Below, one piece after another: positions 10,538 through 20,265 of a stretch of DNA of 64,000 nucleotides. The stretch lies in assembly GCA_028344535.1 (NCBI GenBank), contig JAOMBK010000004.1, positions 3,893 through 67,892 on the forward strand, written 5' to 3'. The notes beneath the pieces are model-generated. The model was given only the letters and a program-made list of their open reading frames with translations. It made no database searches and was not told where the DNA came from. Source of the DNA: Pseudomonadota bacterium (lineage in GTDB: Bacteria; Pseudomonadota; Gammaproteobacteria; Magnimaribacterales; D2472). Each line of letters opens with the position of its first letter. Position 1 is the first letter of the stretch. A program made the position numbers and the translations under genes.

Positions 10538-11929
10538 TTAGTCTTTAAATTCAGCAACAATTTGGCCAATTGATTCCTTCGCATCACCAAATAACATTCT
10601 AGTATTTTCTCTAAAAAATAATGGGTTTTGAACTCCAGCAAAACCAGAAGACATAGATCTTTTAAGAACAAAAACTGTCTTGGCATTATGAACTTCTATG
10701 ATTGGCATTCCATAAATTGGACTACCCTCTTCTTCAGTTGCTGAAGGGTTTACAACATCATTTGCACCGATGACTATTGCCACATCTATCGTGTCCATAG
10801 ATGGATTCACATCATCAGGTTCAGCAAGTAAGTCATAAGAAACATTAGCCTCTGCAAGAAGAACATTCATATGGCCTGGCATACGTCCTGCAACAGGATG
10901 AATTCCATATTTCACTTCCGTACCATTTTCTTCCAAAAGTTCTCCCATTTCTCTAACAACATGTTGTGCCTGAGCTACTGCCATACCATAGCCAGGGACC
11001 ACCAAAACACTTGATGCATTCTCTAGTATCAGATAGGCATCATCAGATGTAATTGGTTTCACTTCGCCTTGCTCTTCAGAAGTAGTAGATTGGCTAGAAG
11101 ATGCGTATCCCACAAATAGAATATTAGTAATCGTTCTATTCATCGCTTTTGCCATAATAATGGTCAAGATTAATCCGCTGGCTCCAACAAGAGATCCAGC
11201 AACGATTAATACATTGTTAAGCAATAACAAGCCTGCAAAAGCTGCTGCAATTCCAGACAGAGAATTAAGCAAAGAAATAACTACAGGCATATCACCACCA
11301 CCAATAGGCATCACAAACCCAATACCAGCAGCCAGAGTTAAAACTAAAAAGATTGAGAAATAGGATGGGACCTGGGGGATAAACTGGGAAATAGAAGGTT
11401 CAGCTATTACGTAAATTAACGCCGGCATACTTAAATAAAAGAAGGATATGAAAATATTTGTGATCATGGAACCTTTTCCAAGCCTCAACTTTTCGGATAA
11501 CTTTCCATAAGCAATAAGAGAGCCAGAGAATGTAATGCCCCCTATATAAATAGTAAGCATTATCAAGACATGCTGAAGCATAGAGTTACTAGGCTCATTG
11601 AATTGCGACCATGCAATTAAGAATGTAGCCAAGCCACCAAAACCATTAAATAAAGCTACCATTTCTGGAATAGCCGTCATTTTCACTTTAATAGCTATTA
11701 AGGAGCCTATTAGACCCCCCAGCAAAACACCTGCAAGTATTATCTTTAAGTCAATCTCAAGGCTTAAGCAGGTTATTCCGACTGCAAAAAACATGGCAAG
11801 GGCGGATAAATAATTCCCTTTAACAGCTGTAGCTTCCTTGCCTAGCATTTTAATACCAAGAATAAACATTACAGAAGAAACTATGTAAACGATATTTTGG
11901 ATGACTTGAATATTAGCTAAATTTTCCAT
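10538..11929 (-). CDS. pntB: NAD(P) transhydrogenase subunit beta
   Basis: Multi-TM N-terminal half. The C-terminal dIII domain carries VPGYGMAVAQAQH and GANDVVNP. Confidence 0.92.
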   Translation of the reverse strand: MENLANIQVIQNIVYIVSSVMFILGIKMLGKEATAVKGNYLSALAMFFAVGITCLSLEIDLKIILAGVLLGGLIGSLIAIKVKMTAIPEMVALFNGFGGLATFLIAWSQFNEPSNSMLQHVLIMLTIYIGGITFSGSLIAYGKLSEKLRLGKGSMITNIFISFFYLSMPALIYVIAEPSISQFIPQVPSYFSIFLVLTLAAGIGFVMPIGGGDMPVVISLLNSLSGIAAAFAGLLLLNNVLIVAGSLVGASGLILTIIMAKAMNRTITNILFVGYASSSQSTTSEEQGEVKPITSDDAYLILENASSVLVVPGYGMAVAQAQHVVREMGELLEENGTEVKYGIHPVAGRMPGHMNVLLAEANVSYDLLAEPDDVNPSMDTIDVAIVIGANDVVNPSATEEEGSPIYGMPIIEVHNAKTVFVLKRSMSSGFAGVQNPLFFRENTRMLFGDAKESIGQIVAEFKD

Positions 11930-11932
11930 GAT

Positions 11933-12205
11933 TTATTTCTTCTTAAACATGCTCAGCATTCTATTAGTTACTAGGTAGCCGCCAAATACATTGATAGAAG
12001 CAAATAAAATGGCGCCAAAAGCTAATATATCTTGCATCTGACCAGCACTCGAGAGCATCAAGGCACCCACAAGGGCAATACCAGAGATAGCATTAGCTCC
12101 TGACATCAAAGGGGTATGAAGTGTGCTTGGTACTTTTGCAATAAGTTCTAAGCCTAAAAAGATAGATAATAATAAGACAAACCCAAGCAATATGTATATT
12201 TCCAT
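11933..12205 (-). CDS. pntAB: NAD(P) transhydrogenase subunit alpha, membrane part 2
   Basis: 90-aa hydrophobic protein with PLMSGANAISGI, located between pntAA and pntB. Confidence 0.85.
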   Translation of the reverse strand: MEIYILLGFVLLLSIFLGLELIAKVPSTLHTPLMSGANAISGIALVGALMLSSAGQMQDILAFGAILFASINVFGGYLVTNRMLSMFKKK

Positions 12206-13326
12206 TATGAAAACCTCTCATTCATTATTTTTCCTTCAAAAGCAAGAACGCTGCTTTGAATAACTTCATCTTCAAAATCAAAATTAATGTCATTAGATTC
12301 ATCATCATAAAAATCAGTAATCCAATTAATAATATTATTAGATAGAGCAAAAGAAGCATGAGCAGATACTTTAGAAGCTAAGTATGAAATACCTACAATT
12401 TTAACCCCATTTACATCCACTACCTCATCAACCATAGAGCCTTCAACGTTTCCACCAGTTTCTACAGCCATGTCAAGAATAACACTGCCAGGTTTCATTT
12501 TTTTAATGGTAGCTTCATCTATAATTTTGGGAGCGGGTCTTCCAAAAATTTGAGCAGTAGTAATTACGATATCTGATCGCGCGCAAACAAGACTTTGAAG
12601 TTCTTTTTGTTTTGTTATTTGCTCAGGGGTAAGTTCTTTGGCATAACCTTGATCGGTTTGACCAGTATCTCCTAGATCAATTTTTACAAACTTAGCGCCA
12701 AGAGATTTAACTTGCTCCTCCACAACATCGCGAGTATCGAATGCCTCCACTCTAGCACCTAATCTTTTTGCAGTTGCAATTGCTTGCAAACCTGCAACAC
12801 CAACCCCAATAACAAATACTTTTGCTGGTTTCAGTGTTCCTGCTGCAGTCATCATCATTGGAAGAGCTGAAGATAAATGCTGAGCAGCCTCTAAAACTGC
12901 CGCATACCCTGCAAGGTTAGCTTGTGAACTCAGAACATCCATTTTTTGAGCTCTAGTTATCCTGGGTATGAATTCCATACTAACTGCATTAATTTTTGAT
13001 TGGTTTAATCCTTTAAGTTCATCTTCAGAATAAAACGGATTTAGCATTCCTATGACTGTTGAACCTGGCTGGACTGCACCTGATTCTGCTAGAGTCAATG
13101 AGGTGGGAGTAATTATGAGATTGCCCTTTGTTAAACATTCATCCCTTGAGATTGCTTTTAGACCAAGATCAATAAAAGTTTGATCAGAGATATTAATACC
13201 ATCCCCAATACCGGATTCAAATGAGAATGTTACTCCTTTTAGATCTAAAATCTTGTTTACTGTTTCTGGGTGAATTACAGATCTTTGATCTCTTGTATCC
13301 GGAGATTTTAAGGCAACAATATGCAT
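12205..13326 (-). CDS. pntAA: NAD(P) transhydrogenase subunit alpha part 1 (dI, alanine dehydrogenase-like)
   Basis: VIGVGVAGLQAIATAKRLGA Rossmann motif. 1-nt stop/start overlap with the small alpha-2 gene. Confidence 0.9.
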   Translation of the reverse strand: MHIVALKSPDTRDQRSVIHPETVNKILDLKGVTFSFESGIGDGINISDQTFIDLGLKAISRDECLTKGNLIITPTSLTLAESGAVQPGSTVIGMLNPFYSEDELKGLNQSKINAVSMEFIPRITRAQKMDVLSSQANLAGYAAVLEAAQHLSSALPMMMTAAGTLKPAKVFVIGVGVAGLQAIATAKRLGARVEAFDTRDVVEEQVKSLGAKFVKIDLGDTGQTDQGYAKELTPEQITKQKELQSLVCARSDIVITTAQIFGRPAPKIIDEATIKKMKPGSVILDMAVETGGNVEGSMVDEVVDVNGVKIVGISYLASKVSAHASFALSNNIINWITDFYDDESNDINFDFEDEVIQSSVLAFEGKIMNERFS

Positions 13327-13420
13327 TTAATTTAATTTAAAAAAACTTGTAGTACATTGCAGTTTATTTAGTGAACATTGTCAATATTTAAAAAGAATCC
13401 TTTAAGAGCAAGACCTATCA

Positions 13421-13445
13421 ATAAAAAATACTGTAGTTTCACTAC
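13421..13445 (-). terminator. weak candidate intrinsic terminator after the SDR gene
   Basis: Minus strand reads TGTAGT-GAA-ACTACA (6-bp stem) followed by GTATTTTTTA. The stem is short and AT-rich, so support is modest. Confidence 0.3.
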
Positions 13446-13463
13446 AATTTATAAGAAAAATTT

Positions 13464-14228
13464 TTATAAGTTCAAGCTTGCACCAGCGTCAACCGTTACC
13501 AATTGCCCGGTCATTAACTCACTTTTTTCAATTAAATTTACTATTACCTCAGCAATAGATTCAGGAGTGCATGTTTTTTTCAGTGGAGTGGTAGTTTGAA
13601 CACGCAATTTAACTGCCTCATACATCTCGGAACCCATTCCATTTTTTAACCATTCTCCTTCAATGAACCCAGGGCAAACGGCATTGACTCTGATTGGTCC
13701 TAAATTTCTTGCCATAGATAAGGTCATAGTGTTTAAGGCTCCTTTTGAAGAAGCATAAGCAAGCGAACTACCAATGCCCTTTACACCTGCGATTGATGAT
13801 ACATTTACCACACAAGGATTTTCACTTTTTAAAAGTTGCTCTTTTGCTGCTTTCACCATCTGGAATGGCCCAATAACATTCACACCGTAAATATATTGAA
13901 AGTCTGCAGCATCAAGACCGTTCAAATCTGAGTGGTCCCAAACAAATTTAGTTGTGCCAGCATTATTGATAAGAGCATCAACCCTTTCCCATTTTTCTAT
14001 AGCTTTATTGATGGTGGCTATACAGTCTGTGTTAACTGAAACATCTGCTTGCAAAGCGAGCACATGAGCAGATTCATTTGAGCAGCTTTTAGCTACTTTC
14101 TCAGCCTCTGCAATGGAAGAGGAGCATGTGATTATTACATTCCAACCAATTTCAGAAAGCAATTTTGCCGTTGCAGCCCCTACTCCTCTGCTTCCCCCGG
14201 TAACAATAGCGACTGGATTATCTGACAT
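13464..14228 (-). CDS. short-chain dehydrogenase/reductase (SDR), substrate unknown
   Basis: TGGSRGVG cofactor motif, NNAG, and the catalytic Y-x-x-x-K in YASSK. Confidence 0.85.
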   Translation of the reverse strand: MSDNPVAIVTGGSRGVGAATAKLLSEIGWNVIITCSSSIAEAEKVAKSCSNESAHVLALQADVSVNTDCIATINKAIEKWERVDALINNAGTTKFVWDHSDLNGLDAADFQYIYGVNVIGPFQMVKAAKEQLLKSENPCVVNVSSIAGVKGIGSSLAYASSKGALNTMTLSMARNLGPIRVNAVCPGFIEGEWLKNGMGSEMYEAVKLRVQTTTPLKKTCTPESIAEVIVNLIEKSELMTGQLVTVDAGASLNL

Positions 14229-14309
14229 AGTGTTAGCTTCCTTTTATAAAAAATAATAAACTTACCTATTCTTGCATGCAATGATGTAATCTGCCACCTT
14301 AAAGAAGTA

Positions 14310-15017
14310 GTGCTTATGACTCAAAATATTGATCAAAATGAAGTAAATAAATTTGCTGAAATAGCAGATAGTTGGTGGGATCCAACAGGTGATTTTAAGC
14401 CCTTGCATGTGATAAATCCCCTTCGCGCAAATTACATTGATCAAAAATTGTCTGTAGAGGGTTTAAAAGTATTGGATGTTGGGTGCGGCGGCGGTCTTTT
14501 GGCTGAGGCCCTTGATGCAAAGGGAGCTCAAGTCACTGCTATTGATGTGACTGAAGCTAATATTGGGGTTGCTGAGATGCATGCAAAAAAGATGCAAGTA
14601 AACATTGATTACAGATTAATTACAGCTGAAGAGTTAGTAGAAAAAGAAAGAGAAACTTTTGATGTGGTTGCTTGCCTAGAGGTAATTGAACATGTGCCGG
14701 ATCCAGGAAAGCTTATCCAAGCATGTTCTGATCTTCTTAAACCAAATGGTCAAATGTTTCTTTCTACTCTAAATAGAAATCCTAGATCCTTTGTTACAGC
14801 AATTGTTGGTGCAGAATATATTTTTAATGTATTGCCTAAAGGAACTCATGAATGGAACAAATTTATCAAGCCATCAGAGTTAGAGAGATATATGCGAAAT
14901 GCTGGCATAAAATTAATTGAAAGCAAGGGAATGTTTTACAATCCTATTTTCCATACCGCAAATTTGAACAATGATCTCGGAGTGAACTATATGATGCATG
15001 GATCTAAAAATGCCTAA
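14310..15017 (+). CDS. ubiG: ubiquinone biosynthesis O-methyltransferase
   Basis: FAEIADSWWD, PLHVINPLR and VLDVGCGGGLLAE motifs typical of UbiG. Confidence 0.9.
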   Translation: MLMTQNIDQNEVNKFAEIADSWWDPTGDFKPLHVINPLRANYIDQKLSVEGLKVLDVGCGGGLLAEALDAKGAQVTAIDVTEANIGVAEMHAKKMQVNIDYRLITAEELVEKERETFDVVACLEVIEHVPDPGKLIQACSDLLKPNGQMFLSTLNRNPRSFVTAIVGAEYIFNVLPKGTHEWNKFIKPSELERYMRNAGIKLIESKGMFYNPIFHTANLNNDLGVNYMMHGSKNA

Positions 15018-15660
15018 AGGGGTATTATTTGATCTTGATGGCACTCTTTTAGATTCAGCGCCAGATTTTATCGCTAGCTTAGACACTCTACTTACAAGAC
15101 ATAACAAGCCAAAACTTGATCCAGAAATAATTAGAAGCCATGTGTCTGATGGAAGCTGGAAACTTACAAGCCTGGGTTTCAATATTGATATATCTGATGA
15201 CCAGTGTGCGGTTTTGAGAGATGAGCTATTAGAAGAATATGAATCAAATCTTTTGCAACATGGAGGAGCTTTTGATGGAATTAAGGAAATGCTAACTTCC
15301 TTAGAGAAAGATGATATTCCTTATGGAATTGTAACTAATAAGCCTTTACGTTTTGCTAAGCCAATATTAATGAATGAGATTGCATTTAAAGATTGCAAAA
15401 CTCTCATATGCCCTGATCATCTAAATGCTATCAAGCCAGATCCAGAGGGGATTTTAAGAGGCTGCAAAGATTTAGGTCTGCACCCTGCTGAATGCATTTA
15501 TGTTGGTGATCATGAAAAAGATCTTGAAGCAGGTATAAATGCAGGGACACAAGTGATTGCTTGTTATTTTGGGTATTCACTTAAAGCCAGTGATCATGAG
15601 GATCATATTCATGGAGCGCATCACCCAAATCAATTGTATGAATTGATTTCTCGACTATAA
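14998..15660 (+). CDS. HAD-family phosphatase (phosphoglycolate phosphatase / MupP-like)
   Basis: DxDGTL motif in LFDLDGTLLDS and a late GDHEKD motif. The ubiG-HAD-YciK order matches Pseudomonas. The start could be ATG 15010. Confidence 0.82.
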   Translation: MDLKMPKGVLFDLDGTLLDSAPDFIASLDTLLTRHNKPKLDPEIIRSHVSDGSWKLTSLGFNIDISDDQCAVLRDELLEEYESNLLQHGGAFDGIKEMLTSLEKDDIPYGIVTNKPLRFAKPILMNEIAFKDCKTLICPDHLNAIKPDPEGILRGCKDLGLHPAECIYVGDHEKDLEAGINAGTQVIACYFGYSLKASDHEDHIHGAHHPNQLYELISRL

Positions 15661-15662
15661 AA

Positions 15663-16409
15663 ATGGATCTTTTAAATAAGACAATACTTATAACCGGTGC
15701 ATCTGATGGAATTGGTGAAGTTCTGGCGTTAGAATTTTCAAAACTGGGTTCTAACATCGTTCTTCTGGGAAGAGATCCTTCAAAGTTAGATAAAGTTTAT
15801 GATCGGCTTGATCGCTCTTTTAGCTCTCAAAAACATTTAATCTTGCAAGCTGACCTTAGTCTATTGAGTAATGAATCGGCCCATGAAATTTTGATAGCAA
15901 TCACTGGAGAATTTAATTCCTTGGATGGCATTATCCATAATGCTGCAATCTTAGGCACCATGACAACTTTAGAGGATTATGAATTATCAAAATGGGACGA
16001 AGTTTTAAATATTAATCTAAGGGCTCCTTTTCTGTTGACCAAAACGCTTAAATCGACCCTTGAAGACTCAAGTTTACCTAGAATTATCTTTACTTCTTCT
16101 GGTGTTGCAAATATTGGTAGGGCTTTTTGGGGCGCCTACTCAGTTTCAAAATTTGGTTTAAAAGGATTAGCCGAAATATTTGCCAATGAGCTTGAAACAA
16201 CCTCTTCTATCAAAGTATTTAATTTTGATCCTGGAGCAACTCAAACAAAAATGAGGGCATCTGCAAGACCTGCCGAAGATCCGAACTCCATTAAAACTCC
16301 ACATGATCTAATAGATTGTTACTTATGGTTTTTTAGTGAAGAGAGTTCTTATTCGGAAGAAAGATACTTTGAATATGCTGAACTGTCTAAGAAAGTGACT
16401 TCCACATAA
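15663..16409 (+). CDS. YciK-like SDR oxidoreductase
   Basis: ITGASDGIG, HNAA and YSVSK motifs. Position after ubiG and the HAD phosphatase fits. Confidence 0.85.
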   Translation: MDLLNKTILITGASDGIGEVLALEFSKLGSNIVLLGRDPSKLDKVYDRLDRSFSSQKHLILQADLSLLSNESAHEILIAITGEFNSLDGIIHNAAILGTMTTLEDYELSKWDEVLNINLRAPFLLTKTLKSTLEDSSLPRIIFTSSGVANIGRAFWGAYSVSKFGLKGLAEIFANELETTSSIKVFNFDPGATQTKMRASARPAEDPNSIKTPHDLIDCYLWFFSEESSYSEERYFEYAELSKKVTST

Positions 16410-16971
16410 AAAGACTTAAGTAAGTTCTCCAAGGCCTAAAGGGCTCATAAAATTTTTCACTCATTTCATGCTCGTTAAAAAAATATTCATGGGCGTGCTT
16501 TATGCCAAGATCATTGATAGGCATGACATCTGTATCTCCTAAAAAAAACATCCTAGCCATCTGGACTGACCAAGGTCCAATTCCTTTATTTGCAGAGAGT
16601 AAGTTTTCAAATTCAATATTTGATAACTCTTTTAAATCACTTCGTTGCAAGGAAGATAATTTTAAATTGTTGATCAGGCCAATTACATAATTTGCTTTTG
16701 ATTTTGATAATCCAGCTGAATGTAATTCAGTTTCTAGATTTTGATAATTTGTATGGGCGTTAATAATTGGATGAACTCTTAACCAGATAGTTTTGGCTGC
16801 CTTGGTGGAAAGTTGTTGACTTACAACAACTGATGAAAGGTATTCAACCAAGGGTAGTGCTGATAAATTAATTTCAACTGGCTCAGACGCTTGAAGGTAT
16901 GTTTCCAATAGATCAAAATCTTTCTCTTGAGAAATTCTCAATAAGGTTTTGTGAGCGTTATCACTTTCCAT
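16387..16971 (-). CDS. DNA-3-methyladenine glycosylase II family (short AlkA-like, HhH-GPD)
   Basis: HhH-GPD region KGIGPWSVQMARMFFLGDTDVMPINDLGI with the catalytic Asp. At 194 aa it lacks the AlkA N-terminal domain. Confidence 0.75.
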   Translation of the reverse strand: MESDNAHKTLLRISQEKDFDLLETYLQASEPVEINLSALPLVEYLSSVVVSQQLSTKAAKTIWLRVHPIINAHTNYQNLETELHSAGLSKSKANYVIGLINNLKLSSLQRSDLKELSNIEFENLLSANKGIGPWSVQMARMFFLGDTDVMPINDLGIKHAHEYFFNEHEMSEKFYEPFRPWRTYLSLFMWKSLS

Positions 16972-17683
16972 AATTCTGGAGTTCTTTTATTTGAGATTCA
17001 GTTAAATTAATGCATGAGCCTTCCCTGAGAGTTGAAGGTAAAAAAATTGGCCCAATTCTAACTCTTTTCAGCCTGCTAACCTCTAATTCCTGAGATTCAA
17101 AAAGTTTTCTGACCTCACGATTTTTTCCAGTAAGCATGCAAACCGAAAACCATTGATTTGAGCTTTGCTTTTCTCCTGGAACAATATCTGAAAATTGATA
17201 AATTTCGTTCTCAATTTTTACTCCAGACAACATATTCTTTTTCTTTTGCTCATTAAAATGACCTCTAGCTCTCACAAGATACTCTCTATCAATTTCAAAT
17301 GAGGGATGCATAAGTTGATGAGCAAGAGTTCCATCATTGGTAAATAACATTAAGCCAGAGGTATTAATATCCAATCTTCCAACTGCAATCCAGTCAGGTT
17401 CATTTTGCGCTTTTGGAAGAAAATCAAATACGAGTTTAATCTTTTTATCATCTTTCTTTGAAGACAAAACTCCACGCGGCTTATTCAACATAATAACTTT
17501 TAAGTCTGCTGTTTTTAAAAGAACTCTTTCGCCTGCAAAAGTTACCTCATCGGTTTCAGAGACTTTGGATCCCAAGATAGCAACCTTGCCGTTCACATAA
17601 ACTTTATGATCTTTAATGAGTTGCTCACATGAGCGCCGTGAACCCAATCCAGCTTGGGCCAAGAATTTCTGCAATCGCAGCAT
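16961..17683 (-). CDS. rluB: 23S rRNA pseudouridine synthase (RluB/RsuA family)
   Basis: S4 domain MLRLQKFLAQAGLGSRR and the catalytic VGRLDINTSGL motif. Position after scpAB fits. Confidence 0.88.
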   Translation of the reverse strand: MLRLQKFLAQAGLGSRRSCEQLIKDHKVYVNGKVAILGSKVSETDEVTFAGERVLLKTADLKVIMLNKPRGVLSSKKDDKKIKLVFDFLPKAQNEPDWIAVGRLDINTSGLMLFTNDGTLAHQLMHPSFEIDREYLVRARGHFNEQKKKNMLSGVKIENEIYQFSDIVPGEKQSSNQWFSVCMLTGKNREVRKLFESQELEVSRLKRVRIGPIFLPSTLREGSCINLTESQIKELQNYGK

Positions 17684-17687
17684 AGAG

Positions 17688-18251
17688 TTAGCCAGCTTCT
17701 AGTTGATCCAGAGCATCATCTGCTGGCAAAGCCTCAGGCAGTGGAGGTAAGTCATTAATTGATTTAAGATTTAAATCATTTAAAAAAGTTTTGGTTGTTT
17801 CATACAAAGCAGGTCGGCCTGGAACATCGCGAAAACCAGAGACTTTGATCCACTCTCTATCAAGTAGCGCTCTAATTATTTGAGTGCTAACAGTGACGCC
17901 TCTTATATCCTCAATATCGCCCCTGGTAACTGGCTGCTTGTATGCAATTATAGATACAGTTTCCATTAATGCTTTAGATAACCTGCTTGATGTGTCATTC
18001 CATAAAGGATAAAGGCAATCACCATAATTTTCTCTGACCTGCATTCTAAAGCCTGATGCAACCTCTTTAATTTCAATAGAGCTTTCTGCATATCTCTCCT
18101 CTAATGAATTCAAAGCTATTTTAATACTAGGCAAGTCTACTTCTATATTCTGAGATCCCATGAGCGTTTTAATTTCAGATAAACGCATTGGTCTGCCTGC
18201 ACCAAAAAGAATAGATTCAACGAGATTTGGTAAATTTTCAATATCAGTCAT
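17688..18251 (-). CDS. scpB: segregation and condensation protein B
   Basis: LVESILFGAGRPMRLSEI and YKQPVTRGDIEDIRGV motifs. Confidence 0.9.
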   Translation of the reverse strand: MTDIENLPNLVESILFGAGRPMRLSEIKTLMGSQNIEVDLPSIKIALNSLEERYAESSIEIKEVASGFRMQVRENYGDCLYPLWNDTSSRLSKALMETVSIIAYKQPVTRGDIEDIRGVTVSTQIIRALLDREWIKVSGFRDVPGRPALYETTKTFLNDLNLKSINDLPPLPEALPADDALDQLEAG

Positions 18252-19046
18252 CTAGTGAACTCCTCGATTAGTTGATTTAAGATAAAGTTGATTAGAGTCT
18301 TTGTTTTGTATCAGCTCAACGTGCCCATCCTTGGCTAGATCTAAAGAAGCCAATAAGGCTACAACAACTCCCTGCTTACCCTCTTTTTTTTGATATGTTT
18401 GAAAGAATTGGATTACATTTCTTTTATTAAGAATGGACAAGATTAAAGCAATTCTGTCTTGTGTAGATAATTCTTCAAAATGGATTTCATGGTGTGCAGA
18501 AAATTTAGGGCGCGAACTAGCTTCATAAAAAATTGCTGCAAGATCTTTTGCAGAAATATCTATAGATGCTTCGCGTTCTTGGAACTTTGGTAAGCCAGTG
18601 GTTGCAAGAAAGAAATCCCTGTCCAATCTTGGCAGGTTAGAAATAGACTCTGATGCACTTTTATACCTTTGATATTCTTGTAATCGCCTTATAAGCTCGG
18701 ATCGAGGGTCTTGCTCCTCCTCCTCTTCTTCAGACTGAGGAATTAACATTCTAGATTTAATCTGAGCAAGTGTTGCAGCCATTACCAAATAATCAGCAGC
18801 AAGTTCAATCTTTAAGGTATCCATTAATTCAATGTATTGAATATATTGATCAGTAATCTCGGAAATATCTAAATCTAAAATATCAATATCTTTTTTTTGA
18901 ATTAGATAAAGCAATACATCCATTGGCCCAGCAAAATCTTCTAAATAAATTTCTAAAGCTTCTGGTGGAATAAATAAATCGTCAGGAAGTTGCGTTAAAG
19001 CCTCACCTTTAAATTGTGGAAATTCTAGTTGTGCTTGAGACTTCAT
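18252..19046 (-). CDS. scpA: segregation and condensation protein A
   Basis: FAGPMDVLLYLIQKKDIDILDLDISEITDQY is the kleisin ScpA signature. Confidence 0.9.
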   Translation of the reverse strand: MKSQAQLEFPQFKGEALTQLPDDLFIPPEALEIYLEDFAGPMDVLLYLIQKKDIDILDLDISEITDQYIQYIELMDTLKIELAADYLVMAATLAQIKSRMLIPQSEEEEEEQDPRSELIRRLQEYQRYKSASESISNLPRLDRDFFLATTGLPKFQEREASIDISAKDLAAIFYEASSRPKFSAHHEIHFEELSTQDRIALILSILNKRNVIQFFQTYQKKEGKQGVVVALLASLDLAKDGHVELIQNKDSNQLYLKSTNRGVH

Positions 19047-19059
19047 AAGTTCAATTTAT

Positions 19060-19103
19060 ACAAGATGCTGTAATTATAAGCCCTTTTTAACACAACATCT
19101 TGT
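19060..19103. promoter_or_regulatory. 12-bp imperfect inverted repeat (11/12) with 20-nt loop in the scpA/aroG divergent region
   Basis: ACAAGATGCTGT (19060..19071) pairs with ACAACATCTTGT (19092..19103), with one mismatch at 19068/19095. GATTTTG follows on the + strand. It lies about 110 nt upstream of the aroG start. Confidence 0.25.
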
Positions 19104-19212
19104 GATTTTGCATAAAAATGTTGATTTAAAAGGTTTTCACTGGGTTTGAAAAAGAAATAATAAGATCAGTTAAAACCTATTTTTTTAATTTAATTGCATT
19201 AATATTTGATGC

Positions 19213-20265
19213 ATGGAATCTATTTACCACACAGACAATACAAGAATTGTTGAAAAGTTCGATCTCATTACACCTAATGACGTAATTTCTGAATACCCGC
19301 TTACAGATGAAATTTCAAAATTAGTATATGGAACAAGGAATGAGACCAGCCAAATCCTTCATGGTAAAGATGATAGAGTAATTGTTGTATGTGGCCCTTG
19401 CTCGATTCATGACCCTGAATCCGCCCTTGAATATGCCCACTTATTAAAAGATGCCAAAGATTCATTAAATACTAATTTACTTATCATCATGAGGGTGTAT
19501 TTTGAAAAACCAAGAACAACTGTTGGCTGGAAAGGATTAATCAATGATCCAGATATAAATGAAAGCTACGATGCAAATAAGGGCTTGATGCTGGCAAGAA
19601 AAATTCTCAGGGACGTCACTTCAATGGGGCTGCCAGTCGGAACGGAATTTTTAGATCCAATTTCACCGCAATATGTTGCAGATCTTATTTCTTGGGGAGC
19701 TATAGGGGCTAGAACTGCAGAGAGCCAATCGCATAGAGAGCTAGCTTCTGGCCTTTCTTGTCCAATTGGGATTAAGAATGGAACAACTGGCGCCTTAAAA
19801 CCTGCAATTGATGGCATTCAAGCTGCAAATCATCCGCATGTATTTTTTTCAAACACAAAAGATGGCCGAGTTTCAATATACAAGACCTCTGGAAATTCAG
19901 ACTCACATATTATTTTAAGAGGTGGAAAAGAGCCTAATTTTAGCTCAGAAGCAATCCAACAAACATTAACGGCATTGGTTGAGGCTGATGTAAATGATTC
20001 CATCATGGTTGATGCGAGTCATGGAAATAGTCAAAAACAATTTAAAAAGCAAATTGATGTTGTGAATGATTTAGCTGCGCAAATTTCTGCAGGCAATCAA
20101 AGTTTAAGAGGTCTGATGCTTGAAAGTCATTTGGTTGAGGGCAATCAAAGTATCACAGAGAGCCTCACTTACGGTCAAAGTATTACTGATGCATGCATGA
20201 ATTGGGATGACACTCTTAACTGCCTTAACGCAATCAGCGAAGCTGTTGAAAAGAGGCGAGGATAA
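19213..20265 (+). CDS. aroG: class I 3-deoxy-7-phosphoheptulonate (DAHP) synthase
   Basis: GPCSIHD, YFEKPRTTVGWKGLINDP and DASHGNS motifs. The isozyme (F/G/H) cannot be told from sequence alone. Confidence 0.92.
   Translation: MESIYHTDNTRIVEKFDLITPNDVISEYPLTDEISKLVYGTRNETSQILHGKDDRVIVVCGPCSIHDPESALEYAHLLKDAKDSLNTNLLIIMRVYFEKPRTTVGWKGLINDPDINESYDANKGLMLARKILRDVTSMGLPVGTEFLDPISPQYVADLISWGAIGARTAESQSHRELASGLSCPIGIKNGTTGALKPAIDGIQAANHPHVFFSNTKDGRVSIYKTSGNSDSHIILRGGKEPNFSSEAIQQTLTALVEADVNDSIMVDASHGNSQKQFKKQIDVVNDLAAQISAGNQSLRGLMLESHLVEGNQSITESLTYGQSITDACMNWDDTLNCLNAISEAVEKRRG

Noticed and set aside
10504-10686. 60-aa minus-strand ORF overlapping the pntB 3' end; similar small ORFs at 14262..14444 and 14913..15182
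   Set aside because: These are out-of-frame or antisense overlaps with strongly supported genes, and the peptides have implausible composition.
13378-13599. 73-aa + strand ORF spanning the pntAA/SDR intergenic region and the SDR 3' end
   Set aside because: It overlaps the SDR gene antisense. The remainder is AT-rich intergenic sequence, and no motif is present.
14272-14281. Perfect 10-bp palindrome TTGCATGCAA in the SDR/ubiG divergent region
   Set aside because: It is a single short palindrome with no second copy seen in the window. It may simply be a -35-like TTGCAT element and is not distinguishable from chance.
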